Shown in pieces: positions 10,151 through 21,755 of a stretch of 34,348 bases of DNA; within the stretch, counting starts at the first letter, position 1, and each line of letters opens with the position of its first letter. The stretch lies in assembly GCF_001194135.2 (NCBI RefSeq), contig NC_068992.1:56357069-56391416 (forward strand), given 5' to 3'. The translations under genes and the position numbers were made by a program. Origin of the DNA: Octopus bimaculoides. Its lineage: Eukaryota. The notes under the pieces are model-generated. The model worked only from the letters and a program-made list of their open reading frames with translations. It did no database searches and was not told where the DNA came from.

Positions 10151-10242
10151 CGCCCGCAGAAGGACTTGAACCCGCAACCCTCAGATCACTCTTGAGGATA
10201 ACTCTTAAAAGATTGATGATCTACCGACCGAGCTATGCGGGT
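10151..10242 (-). tRNA. tRNA-Lys-TTT: tRNA-Lys(UUU) gene/pseudogene with 19-nt intron at canonical 37/38 position
   Basis: Minus strand ACCCGCATAGCTCGGTCGGTAGATCATCAATCTTTTA[AGAGTTATCCTCAAGAGTG]ATCTGAGGGTTGCGGGTTCAAGTCCTTCTGCGGGCG gives a 73-nt mature form; intron at 10187-10205. Mismatches at 1:72, 11:24, 30:40, 31:39 and 50:64 plus A14G suggest an inactivated copy. Confidence 0.85.
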
Positions 10243-12295
10243 GGACAAATTCTTTGTGAATTTATATTCTAGATAAAGTAAAAACTGCTTCCTACATATA
10301 TATGTGCGTATATAATTCATCATATAACCATATCGGATTACACACAAGTTATCTAACAAGAACATTATAGACGATGGACCAACTTTTTCATTCCAGGTTT
10401 TAGAAAATATAGTCAAACTACTTTTCAAAGATACACTTGACAGACCAAGGAACTTAANNNNNNNNNNNNNNNNNNNNNNNNNNNNNNNNNNNNNNNNNNN
10501 NNNNNNNNNNNNNNNNNNNNNNNNNNNNNNNNNNNNNNNNNNNNNNNNNNNNNNNNNNNNNNNNNNNNNNNNNNNNNNNNNNNNNNNNNNNNNNNNNNNN
10601 NNNNNNNNNNNNNNNNNNNNNNNNNNNNNNNNNNNNNNNNNNNNNNNNNNNNNNNNNNNNNNNNNNNNNNNNNNNNNNNNNNNNNNNNNNNNNNNNNNNN
10701 NNNNNNNNNNNNNNNNNNNNNNNNNNNNNNNNNNNNNNNNNNNNNNNNNNNNNNNNNNNNNNNNNNNNNNNNNNNNNNNNNNNNNNNNNNNNNNNNNNNN
10801 NNNNNNNNNNNNNNNNNNNNNNNNNNNNNNNNNNNNNNNNNNNNNNNNNNNNNNNNNNNNNNNNNNNNNNNNNNNNNNNNNNNNNNNNNNNNNNNNNNNN
10901 NNNNNNNNNNNNNNNNNNNNNNNNNNNNNNNNNNNNNNNNNNNNNNNNNNNNNNNNNNNNNNNNNNNNNNNNNNNNNNNNNNNNNNNNNNNNNNNNNNNN
11001 NNNNNNNNNNNNNNNNNNNNNNNNNNNNNNNNNNNNNNNNNNNNNNNNNNNNNNNNNNNNNNNNNNNNNNNNNNNNNNNNNNNNNNNNNNNNNNNNNNNN
11101 NNNNNNNNNNNNNNNNNNNNNNNNNNNNNNNNNNNNNNNNNNNNNNNNNNNNNNNNNNNNNNNNNNNNNNNNNNNNNNNNNNNNNNNNNNNNNNNNNNNN
11201 NNNNNNNNNNNNNNNNNNNNNNNNNNNNNNNNNNNNNNNNNNNNNNNNNNNNNNNNNNNNNNNNNNNNNNNNNNNNNNNNNNNNNNNNNNNNNNNNNNNN
11301 NNNNNNNNNNNNTATATATATATATATATGAAATATTCCAGCAACATTTCCTAGTAACAAAAATATTTAAAAGCAAATTATCTCCCCTAACGTTTCAAAG
11401 AGTGAAAAATAATAACATGCTAATGTCATCCATTAATGGCGGTTTAATGGCTGAAAGAAGATACAAAATGGAAACTCAATCACTGAAAGAAAATAATATA
11501 TAAAATGTGAATAATGAACAGGAGAGCACTACTGAGAGCAAGGTTACATGACAAACCGATTGTTTTGAAGATATATGCTGGAAGAGTAGGGAGGGGGAAG
11601 TAATTACATGAAAATTACAGGTGTTTAGTTAAAACTAATATAACAAATGATTTATAGTACATAAAGTAAAATGTTTTTACGTTAAGCTTAATGATTTTTC
11701 TGTTCCATAGAAAAGAAATACATAAAAGAATAAGCATCAAATGTAAATAACATAACAACAGCCATTACCATCACGTTAAAGTAACTATTATAACTAATTA
11801 TGATGTTGCCAATGCAACCGAGGTCAGCCTTGGTTTTCTTTTGTTCAGCATCGTTAAAACAAAACACCAGACTAGTATTGGAATCGATATAAACGACTAA
11901 TCCGCATTCGTTTCTAAATTAACGGCCTCATGCTTAAATCAGAAACAAGTGTATTGTTGCGAATTAAAGATAACTACTCTGTGTGCTAGAAATAACAATC
12001 AAATCCTACTTCATTAAAAGAGGCCAGGCCACGTATTATCACATAATCAGGCAAGTTATAGCTGAACAACAGATGTCGACCGAAACAGAAGTAATATCAG
12101 CGATCATAAGTATGTTGAATGAGTGTTGACCTGGGAGATAAACAATAAAAGACAGCAACAGCAACACTATAATAAAGTGCATTACACAGCGTAACACGAT
12201 TTTTCTCCTTGGGTAGCAACTGTTACTTCCTATTTGCCTACGCCTAGAAATTATTAAAAATGGCTAATATTTCCTTCAAACTTTACTTTGGTTAT

Positions 12296-12453
12296 GTTAT
12301 TCAAACCCCAAAGAATCCCTCTCAACACATGGCTATTTTGCTCCCCTACTACTCCTGCTCATGGTCAGAGATGCACATATTTTCCGCCACTAAGGTGGTT
12401 AAGGTCAAGCAATTGATAGGCAAATCTGTGGTATTGAGCAGAATATTTGCTAT
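12296..12453 (-). mobile_element. Family C internal fragment
   Basis: Reverse complement of about 7725-7900 (GCAAATCTGTGGTATTGAGCAGAATATTTGCT; CTCTCAACACATGGCTAT). Confidence 0.85.
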
Positions 12454-13299
12454 AACAATATTTCTGCTTCAGTAACTCAGTGCTGAATCTGTCTGAAGTG
12501 TAATGGAAAATAGGTCAGTTTCAAAACATTGATGTCCAGGTCACAAAAGAAGAGTTTGAAGGGAATAATAGTCATTTCCTTTGATTTCTATATCGAAGCA
12601 AACAGAAAATAAATAACACTTACTGACCGAAGACAAGAAAAGAGTAAAACTTTTGTCAGTGTTATTTGTAATATAATAGCAATATCTGTTGAACAGCAGT
12701 GATGAAAAAACAAAAAAAAACAAACATATTCTTACTACACAGTCACGCCTGCGCCCACATATTTATAACATCTATAACTTCAGGTACATTTCAGACATAG
12801 AGGGAGAGAGAGAGGCAGATAAAATGATACAAATGAATGTTGACCAAAGCTGGTCGTTCTGAGAATTGAACTCATAGCAGAGTGGACTGAAACGAATGTC
12901 ACTATGCATCGAAACCGACACTCTAACAACTCAACATGTTTCCCTACTCAAACTTCCTTGGTATGATGTAATAAATATATCACATAATTTTCGCTCTCTA
13001 TATCTATCAGATGAAATACAATCTCTCATGCCTTCTGTGATATAATAGTCGTATATTTCTTAATTTATCATTTTTCGATTCTATCGAAATGGCAAGCAAC
13101 ACAGTGTAACCAGGTTGTCAAACGTTATAGCTGTTTCATTGCGCCTATCTTCTTTCATAGTTAACGTCTAGTGAGACATACATTCTACTTTTTGTTCTTT
13201 TGTTTCTCTTTGTCGTCAATGATTTGTTTGGAGGTTGAATGAAATGCATGCAGCAGTTATTATCGATTCTAATTACACACACATACATCAATATTCCGA

Positions 13300-13304
<5 letters not shown>

Positions 13305-13350
<46 letters not shown>

Positions 13351-13375
13351 CATTACTATTATTATTACTACTACT
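13305..13375. repeat. (ATT)n
   Basis: Directly visible. Confidence 0.95.
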
Positions 13376-13512
13376 AGTGTTTATTGCCAAAGAATGAAAA
13401 ATCGTGCGCAGATAAGACAAGTTTTGAAGAAACTTGTGCATTGTTATCGTTATTATAAAAGGGGAAAGAAAAATTAATTGCATTCTAGAAATATATATAT
13501 TACACACATATA

Positions 13513-13558
<46 letters not shown>

Positions 13559-13642
13559 ACATCTATCTCTCTCTATATATATACATCTATATACATCTCT
13601 ATCAATATCTATATACATCTATATATATATATATATATATAT
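13513..13642. repeat. (TATC)n/(TA)n
   Basis: Directly visible. Confidence 0.9.
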
Positions 13643-14264
13643 NNNNNNNNNNNNNNNNNNNNNNNNNNNNNNNNNNNNNNNNNNNNNNNNNNNNNNNNNN
13701 NNNNNNNNNNNNNNNNNNNNNNNNNNNNNNNNNNNNNNNNNNNNNNNNNNNNNNNNNNNNNNNNNNNNNNNNNNNNNNNNNNNNNNNNNNNNNNNNNNNN
13801 NNNNNNNNNNNNNNNNNNNNNNNNNNNNNNNNNNNNNNNNNNNNNNNNNNNNNNNNNNNNNNNNNNNNNNNNNNNNNNNNNNNNNNNNNNNNNNNNNTAT
13901 ACATGCATATACATATAGGGAAGGCTATAAATCAAATGCCATCAACTGAGTGATGGAAATGTAGTCATAAAAAAGAATTACAGCCTCAAAGCTACAAGAC
14001 GATATAACATATATTTTCTCATTTCTTGCTTTTCATATGCGGTGAATGGTTAGAACATTAAAAATCATTCCCACCATCTATCTTATCAGATTTATTTAAA
14101 ATCCACCGAGGGTAAATTTATATGTAATCCATTTAAATTCGATAAGATAACAAACGAGAATTTAATGACAAGTGACTGTACATCGTCTCCATAAAACCTG
14201 GCATTTCGTTGTTTTTTATTTTTTATTTTTACCAATTAAAAATGAAAATCAGTGTTACCTATTG

Positions 14265-14392
14265 AAGCGAAGGTGGTGAACAAATTGCTTAGCGATGTTT
14301 CTTCAAACTTTACGTTCTGAGTTCAAATTCCACAGAAGTCGAATGTGCATTTCATGCTTTCAGATTCTATAAAATTATCACCAGTTGAGCGA
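14265..14392 (+). mobile_element. Old SINE B fragment
   Basis: TACGTTCTGAGTTCAAATTCC B box and a degenerate core. Confidence 0.7.
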
Positions 14393-14420
14393 AATTTGAA
14401 ATCAATATTATTTGTTGAAG

Positions 14421-14657
14421 AGAAGCTGGTAATCGGGCATAATTGTTAGCACGCTCGATAAAGTGCTTTGCGGTATATCCTTTCGACCATACGTTCTTAG
14501 TTCAAATTCCGCCGAGGTCGACTTTGCCTTTCATCCTTTCGGGGTCGATAAATTAAGTAACAGTTACACACTGGGGTCGATGTAATCGACTTAATCCCTT
14601 TGTCTGTCCTTGCTTGTCCCCTCTATGTTTAGCCCCTTGTGGGCAATAAAAAAATAA
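14421..14657 (+). mobile_element. SINE B tail type 1
   Basis: Near-identical core and tail to 3918-4150. Confidence 0.9.
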
Positions 14658-14661
14658 GAAA

Positions 14662-14884
14662 GAAACGTTAGCACGCCTGGCAAAATGCTTAGCGGTATTT
14701 CGTCTGCCTTTACGTTCTGAGTTCAAATTCCGTCCAGGTCGACTCTGCCTTTCATCCTTTCGGGGTCGATAAATTAATTACCAGTTGTGTATCAGTACGC
14801 AACTGGTAATTAATTTATCTAATCGACTGGCCGCCTTCCCCAAAATTTCGGGCCTTGTGCCTAGGGTAGAAAGAATTATTATTA
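14662..14884 (+). mobile_element. SINE B tail type 2 with internal foldback inversion
   Basis: Follows the type 1 copy in tandem; 14768-14787 is the exact reverse complement of 14800-14819. Confidence 0.9.
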
Positions 14885-15663
14885 GACGGGGAAGAATTCA
14901 TTGCATTTTTAGAAATATATATTATAGATATATATTTCTGCTATAAATCAGAAGTCACCAAGAAAGTGATAAAAGTACTGCCATAAAAAACCCATAAGGG
15001 CAAATCTCAAGTGTTCTCGTATTTTCTCTCTTCTTTTTATATGCAGTGAATATATCATTGGAAAGTAGTATTATACTAATAGAATATCGTATTAACATCA
15101 TCCGTCTAACAAGATGAAATTTCATTCTGTTTTCTAAATCTACGGGGGGATGAATTACTATGTAATCTTTTTGGACTCAATAACATAATAAAAAAGAATA
15201 GAATCGGGACTGACTACGCATACTTTCTAAAAACTTTCGAATCTTGTCAAAATCGCTTTACCTCTGGGTCTTGTTTTTTCTGGAGTCGATAATTTAATGA
15301 CACAAGCAATTACTAGTATATTGATCATATTTATTGTTCCGTCTTCTAACCAAATTACAAATCCAGAGTTGTTGTTTAGCGCCATCCGTTATTAAGCAAA
15401 ACTATAACAGAAGGATTTTCAGCTGTGAATACCCGCCATCACTTTATTCAGATAAGATGTATCCCGGAATACGCTATCAAAAGTTTCTTCTTTTAAGGCG
15501 GGAAGGTGTGATATGCAGGAGAGTTGGCTACGATTTTTAGCAGGTCTATATTAGTTCAATCCAACATAACTAACCACAGTAAACCGTCATTCTGATTGTC
15601 TTTCACACAGTTTTCGTCTACCAGATTTCTCTCACAAAGCTTTGTTACACTCGAGTTTATAAT

Positions 15664-15874
15664 CTTTTGTACTCTAGGCACAAGGCCCGAAATTTTTGAG
15701 GAGGGAGCCAGTCGATTAGATCGATCCCAGTACGCAACTGGTTCTAAATTTATCGACCCCAAAAGGATGAAAGGCAAAGTCGACCTGGACGGAATTTGAA
15801 CTCAGAACGTAAAGACAGACGAAATACCGCTAAGCACTTCGCCCGACGTCCTAACGTTTCTGCCAGCTCGCCGC
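15664..15874 (-). mobile_element. SINE B tail type 2, intact, 20-bp TSD
   Basis: GTTACACTCGAGTTTATAAT is present exactly at 15644-15663 and 15875-15894. Confidence 0.95.
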
Positions 15875-16699
15875 GTTACACTCGAGTTTATAATAGCACA
15901 CACTTATCCAGTGTAGGAAACTAAAACTGAACCCGAAATTTCGTGGTAGAGAAGCAAAGTTTTTTTAACTATACAGCGATGCCTACAATATTTATTGTCG
16001 TTGATATATCTTCCTCTATTTGACTCAATTTCTATCGATCTATAGACTTGTCAGCATATTATTCAATAGTTCAGTTCGATAAATAGAGTTAATAACTGCA
16101 ACGTTTCTCTTAGAATTATTTCCCAACATGATAAAACTCTTTTAAGTTTAATCAAGACTGCTCGGCAACATCTGAGCCCAAGGGCTACGAGATAAAGAAA
16201 AATAAAGTATAACTCTATAAACGCTGTAGTCGAGAGACACATCTATGACGTATTTCAATCTGCTTGGTATAACAGGGAAATTTCTGTTTGGCCATATCAA
16301 ACGCTTCAATACAAGAAGCAAAACAAGGAGAGCAAAGCTGAAATATCTTTGATCTATGACCATAAATTTGCTCGATCAGGGATAATCTGGGGCTCACTGA
16401 CAATACAACAACAACAACACAACAGCAGCAAAAATAACAGCAGTCTTTTGCCTGTTTACAACAGTATACAGTACCTCAACAGAGTGCTATAAAGAAGTAT
16501 GTAGACCGAATCGTGTGACTGATTCTAATTTAAGTTTGCTTTGATCACAGCACAATGCATCTGCGTTGTTCTCCACTCAAACTGCTCATTCAAAATTTGT
16601 TCGTCTGAAGGTGAACATATTTCTCAATTTCTTCCTTATAAATTTCAAAGTCAGCAAAAGTGTATTGTTCTTGTAGAAGGTGTCTTAACCAGTATGCAC

Positions 16700-16850
16700 A
16701 AGCGTGACTGTGTGGTAAGAAGCTTGTCTTCCACCCACATGGTTCTGGGTTCAGTCCTACTGCTTGGGACACTGAACAAGTGTCTTCTATTATATCCTCG
16801 GACCGACCAGTCTTGCGATTGAATTTGGTAGGCGGAAACTGAAAGAAGTT
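16700..16850 (+). mobile_element. SINE A 5' half (diverged)
   Basis: GTGACTGTGTGGTAAG...GGGTTCAGTCC...CAAGTGTCTTCTA...GGAAACTGAAAGAAG. Confidence 0.85.
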
Positions 16851-17774
16851 CTTTCACTGTATATGATAGCTATTGTAGTAATGACTTGATTTGATCAAAA
16901 ACCATTTATGGGATATCGCGTATAATTATAGAGTGTCGTGTATTGTGGAATAATGTGTAATATCTCAACGTCTAAATTGGAAATACATGAAAGGAAAAGG
17001 TATCGCTCTCAGATCCCAAGGAAGGTGAGTTCAATCTCATTAGAAGGTTGACTCGTAGTTGGGCAAGATATTTAAAAAAAAATTATGATTGAATAACTTG
17101 GCATTGAATATGTTGTTGGTATTGATGTGTTGCCACTGATTAACCTTAATCCAGAAGACACTCATACTCCAGTCAATTCCATTTGCGAACGTTCAATCTT
17201 TTCTTTTAGACAGTGTGTTTTGGACGATATTATCCAATGAGCATGCATTTTGTAAAGATGGCAAAGCATGTGCTAAATGTGTTTTAAGATGGCAGAGTTT
17301 GTGTTTAATAATGGTTGAGTAGCAGTCAGTGAATACGTACAAGCTTTGCAGTAGTTAGTGAGCTACAAAGTAGGATCTCTTATTGATTTGTGAGTTCTTC
17401 AGGTCAATAACCAATAACACGGCAGACTTTATGATGCATTTCAAGTGAAAATTACATTGCTTCTCACTGACCAAGATAAATTAGTTCTTTTGTTGTGGTT
17501 ATTGTTTAACGTGTTTAACGCAGCAAGCCCTCATCAAAGCCATTGTCAGGTGACCTAGTTAGGGTAGTAAATATCAGATAATCGATATACAATTGTGGGT
17601 ACTTTACCAAAAATATTTACCGACAATTATCCAATATGATCGAACTGGAGTTAAGTAGCGGCTAAATGGACTCTTTCTTAATCGACAAAGAATTGTCTAA
17701 ATATCGTTCGTAATGTGTTCATTGTGACAGGACACGCATGCAATACGTCTCACTATATCTACAGTAATGTTGAA

Positions 17775-17898
17775 TACACACACACGCACGCACACACACG
17801 CACACACACATACACACAAAAATACACACGCAAATATATACATACACATACGCACATGTCTCATAAGCATCACTGTATATATATATATATATATATAT
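17775..17898. repeat. (CA)/(TA) compound microsatellite
   Basis: Directly visible. Confidence 0.85.
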
Positions 17899-18372
17899 NN
17901 NNNNNNNNNNNNNNNNNNNNNNNNNNNNNNNNNNNNNNNNNNNNNNNNNNNNNNNNNNNNNNNNNNNNNNNNNNNNNNNNNNNNNNNNNNNNNNNNNNNN
18001 NNNNNNNNNNNNNNNNNNNNNNNNNNNNNNNNNNNNNNNNNNNNNNNNNNNNNNNNNNNNNNNNNNNNNNNNNNNNNNNNNNNNNNNNNNNNNNNNNNNN
18101 NNNNNNNNNNNNNNNNNNNNNNNNNNNNNNNNNNNNNNNNNNNNNNNNNNNNNNNNNNNNNNNNNNNNNNNNNNNNNNNNNNNNNNNNNNNNNNNNNNNN
18201 NNNNNNNNNNNNNNNNNNNNNNNNNNNNNNNNNNNNNNNNNNNNNNNNNNNNNNNNNNNNNNNNNNNNNNNNNNNCCTTGAAAATTTCATGACAAACACG
18301 TAATGATTGTAAAAAAAGGCTCTTTAGGTTCCTTCGTCGACCCAATGGAATAGAAAGGGAAGGGAAATATCG

Positions 18373-18568
18373 ATTCTTTTATTCTTTTAACTTGTTTCAG
18401 TCATTTGACTGCGGTCATGCCGAAGCACCACCTTAAATTTTTTAGTTGAATGAATCGCCCCCAGGAATTATTTTTAAGCCTATTCCATCGGTTTATTTTA
18501 CCGAACCGTGAAGTTACGGGGACGTAAAGACACCATCAGCGGTGATTGGGGTGCAACAAACACGGACA

Positions 18569-18606
<38 letters not shown>

Positions 18607-18779
18607 TATATATATATAGATAGATATATACACGATAGGATGCTTTCAGTTTCCGTCTACAAGGCTTTAGTCGGCCCGAGGGTATAGTAGAAGACACTTG
18701 CCCACGGCACCATGCAGAGGGACTGAACCCGGAACCATGTGGTTGGGAAGCAAACTTCATACCACGCAGCCACGCCTAC
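18373..18779 (-). mobile_element. SINE A, near full length
   Basis: Tail ATTCTTTTATTCTTTTAACTTGTTTCAGTCATTTG through head ACCACGCAGCCACGCCT; internal (CA)n/(TA)n. Confidence 0.9.
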
Positions 18780-18919
18780 ATACATACATATATCTATCAT
18801 TAGTGAATTCACATTACACTAGGACCAGAAACAGATAGGTAACTTGTGCGGTTGCAATTGCACAGTTTTAATGATTTATTGTGTTCTTAAACATACTCAT
18901 CACCGACGCCGCCGCTAAA

Positions 18920-19210
18920 TCTAATAACGAAAGCAGCAAATGCGAAAGAAATGAAAACAAAATAACTCTACCAGCAACAACAGGAGGCGAAGCAATAACA
19001 TCAACGAAAATATTATCATCGCCAACGGTAACAACAACAATAGTTGACATATTAGCAACAGAAGCAAAAACAAGGGATGCAATACCTCTTCAACACCGAC
19101 GACAACAAGAACAACGAAGATAAAGCCGAGAGTAACAGTAACAACAGTAGAAGAACGAAGAACAAGAGTGACAACTACAACATTAACAGAAACAAAAATA
19201 CCGTTATTAA
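18920..19210 (+). repeat. Degenerate AAC/AAT triplet-periodic low-complexity region
   Basis: Period-3 Asn/Thr/Ser-like codon pattern. Confidence 0.7.
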
Positions 19211-19842
19211 CGTGACAATGGGTTTTTCATTGCAAGCAATCACCATTCAGAATGGCATAATATTATATCAATACTGTAAGAGTTTTCTGTTAATCACGGA
19301 AGTATTGAAGAAGCAGATACATCTCAGCTTTGTCTAACTTACTTAAATAATCTCAAAATGATTTAATTGAATAAACAAGCATTTTTGGTTCGTTTCAAGG
19401 AAACGTTTGCTATTGATTCTCGCAACGAAGAAAAATAATTCACAAAATCTTGCGCCGTTATAAAGTTTTTTTTCTCTTTTACGTATAAAACAGAGGAAAC
19501 AATTGTATTGTGGCGACTGCCGTAGTTTTTTAAAAAAATTATCGAGAAATGGAATGATTTATATTCCATATAATGTGAAACTATTTTTTTCTTTGAAGAC
19601 TTCAATGAAATTCACGTTATTTGCAAAAATAAAACTATCATGAGACGATGCCAAAATTTGTCCATTTTCGCTACTAGTTAGTTACATATGAAATCTTTCT
19701 TGAATAGTCAGACGTCAGTTTACTTGGAAAGTAACAATGCAGTCGTCAATAGGAATAGTTGAAATTAATGTATGCAAGACTTCACAGCTCTATAACATCA
19801 CTCCTTCCATAGTCAGCCTACAAACTTTTCAGCTCACTCTCG

Positions 19843-20066
19843 TACACACACACACACACACACACGCACGCACACACGCACACGCACACACATCCTTACT
19901 ATAATTACTTATATCTTAAATTTCCAAATATAACTACTCCAATTAACTTTACGCGCGTGTGCGCGTGTGTCCATATCCGTGTGTGTGCCTCTGTGTGTGT
20001 GTGTGTGTGCCTCTGTGTGTGTGTGTGCGCGTGTGTGTATGCGTGTCCCTGTGTGTGTGTGGGTGT
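19843..20066. repeat. Opposed (CA)n and (TG)n microsatellites
   Basis: Directly visible. Confidence 0.9.
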
Positions 20067-20356
20067 GGTGTTGATAGCTATTACAATGAAGTATTATCTT
20101 ATTTAATCTCATATACTTCACTGTTATAAGTAATGTCACAAATTATATTCAGTTTTATAGCCTGGAGAGATATCGTATAGTAGAACACACATGTCTACTC
20201 TGATCGCTGTAACAACGGGAGTAAGATATAAATTAATCAGCAAAGTGACAAATACATATTGTTTCCAGCACGTTCATTAATAAGAATAGGTCAATTAAAT
20301 TTAATCAGACTCTCAATGCACTGGTATGCAATAGAATTGACAACTGTTTTAGAAGA

Positions 20357-20415
<59 letters not shown>

Positions 20416-20416
20416 T
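20357..20416. repeat. (AAT)n
   Basis: Directly visible. Confidence 0.95.
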
Positions 20417-20520
20417 AGGGTTGTTACCTTAGTTCACCGGTAGTGAACAGCTGGTACCGTATTACACCGAAGGGTTAGAAGCTGTGAAAAGAAATAAATA
20501 ATAACAATAATGATAATAAT

Positions 20521-20567
20521 AATCCTTTCTACTATAGGTACAGGGCCTGGTTTTTTGTGGGGAGGGG
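20521..20567 (-). mobile_element. SINE B type 2 tail only (extreme 5' truncation)
   Basis: AATCCTTTCTACTATAGGTACAGGGCCTGG...GGGGAGGGG matches the tail at 8484, next to an AAT tract. Confidence 0.7.
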
Positions 20568-21642
20568 AAAATAGAGATAGTGGCGAAAGATAGCAAGAGC
20601 GTCAGTAACCAAAGTGACCTTTAAGAGAAACACTATAACTGTTATTGATGTTGCTGCTGCAACATCATCGGTTGTTGATTCGAGAAAATGCAGACCGGAA
20701 GTAAAGGCAAATTTAATCGTCTCGCTCTGTATTTGACCAGCAGCTTGGACTGACAGAGTCGGGAACTATCTCGATCTATAGCACAGCTGCAATTCTGTTA
20801 TATCGTCCTGTGGAGATTTAGAGAAAGTTTGCGAGGGTATGAACTGAAACAATCGGAGCAGAAAGAGAATAAAATGACAAGAAAAGAATAAGCTTCGATT
20901 GAAAAAAAATGCCAGTTGGATCTGGGAAGAAGCGCTCATGCCATGGATCGTATGAACTTCATAGTTAACCGAAATAGAATGCAAGACACATTGACACTAA
21001 CGTAAAACAAAAGATGAAAAAGAAAAAAAAACGTACTGTTGAGGTTGATCAGGAGAAAGGCACGATGACATCACATCGCAAGGAAAGAGGATAGTTTATT
21101 ATTGCAACTCACAGCAACAGTTTAACAGTTAATGGAACTCGACTTAGCGGATGTGGATGACAGTGAATTCGGTTAACCCGAAGATGTTCATAATCAGTTT
21201 CGCAGGATCCAGTTAGCAGAATATGACTGGAACGGATGGTAGTTGGTGGCATGTGTTGTCCTGATCTTACCAATGCGGCACTTCTAAAACACCCATTTTG
21301 GATGAGTGTACATTTGTTTCATGGACTTAATTTTTAATCAGAATGGTAGAATGATTAGTGAATCAAGCAGCATACTAATGTTTTCTTCCATATTTTTACG
21401 TTAAATATAACCGAGATCAATTTCGTCTTTCATCCTTCTGAAGTCGATAAAATAGGTACAGTGCCCACTGTTTTACTATTTTAGACAAGTAATGTCCCCT
21501 GATTGATCGCCCCTACGGCAAATGAATACTCGAATATAATTATTGTTGTATTAAATATTGAGGCATTTTTTATTCATGCTACTCTCGAAATCATTGTAAT
21601 TATTATATTTCACTGAATCCGATTTAGCAGCGCAATTGTTTC

Positions 21643-21755
<113 letters not shown>

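Noticed and set aside
20800-21300. Purine-rich, coding-looking stretch next to an ACCGGAAGT ETS motif
   Set aside because: Stops in all frames examined and no recognisable motif.
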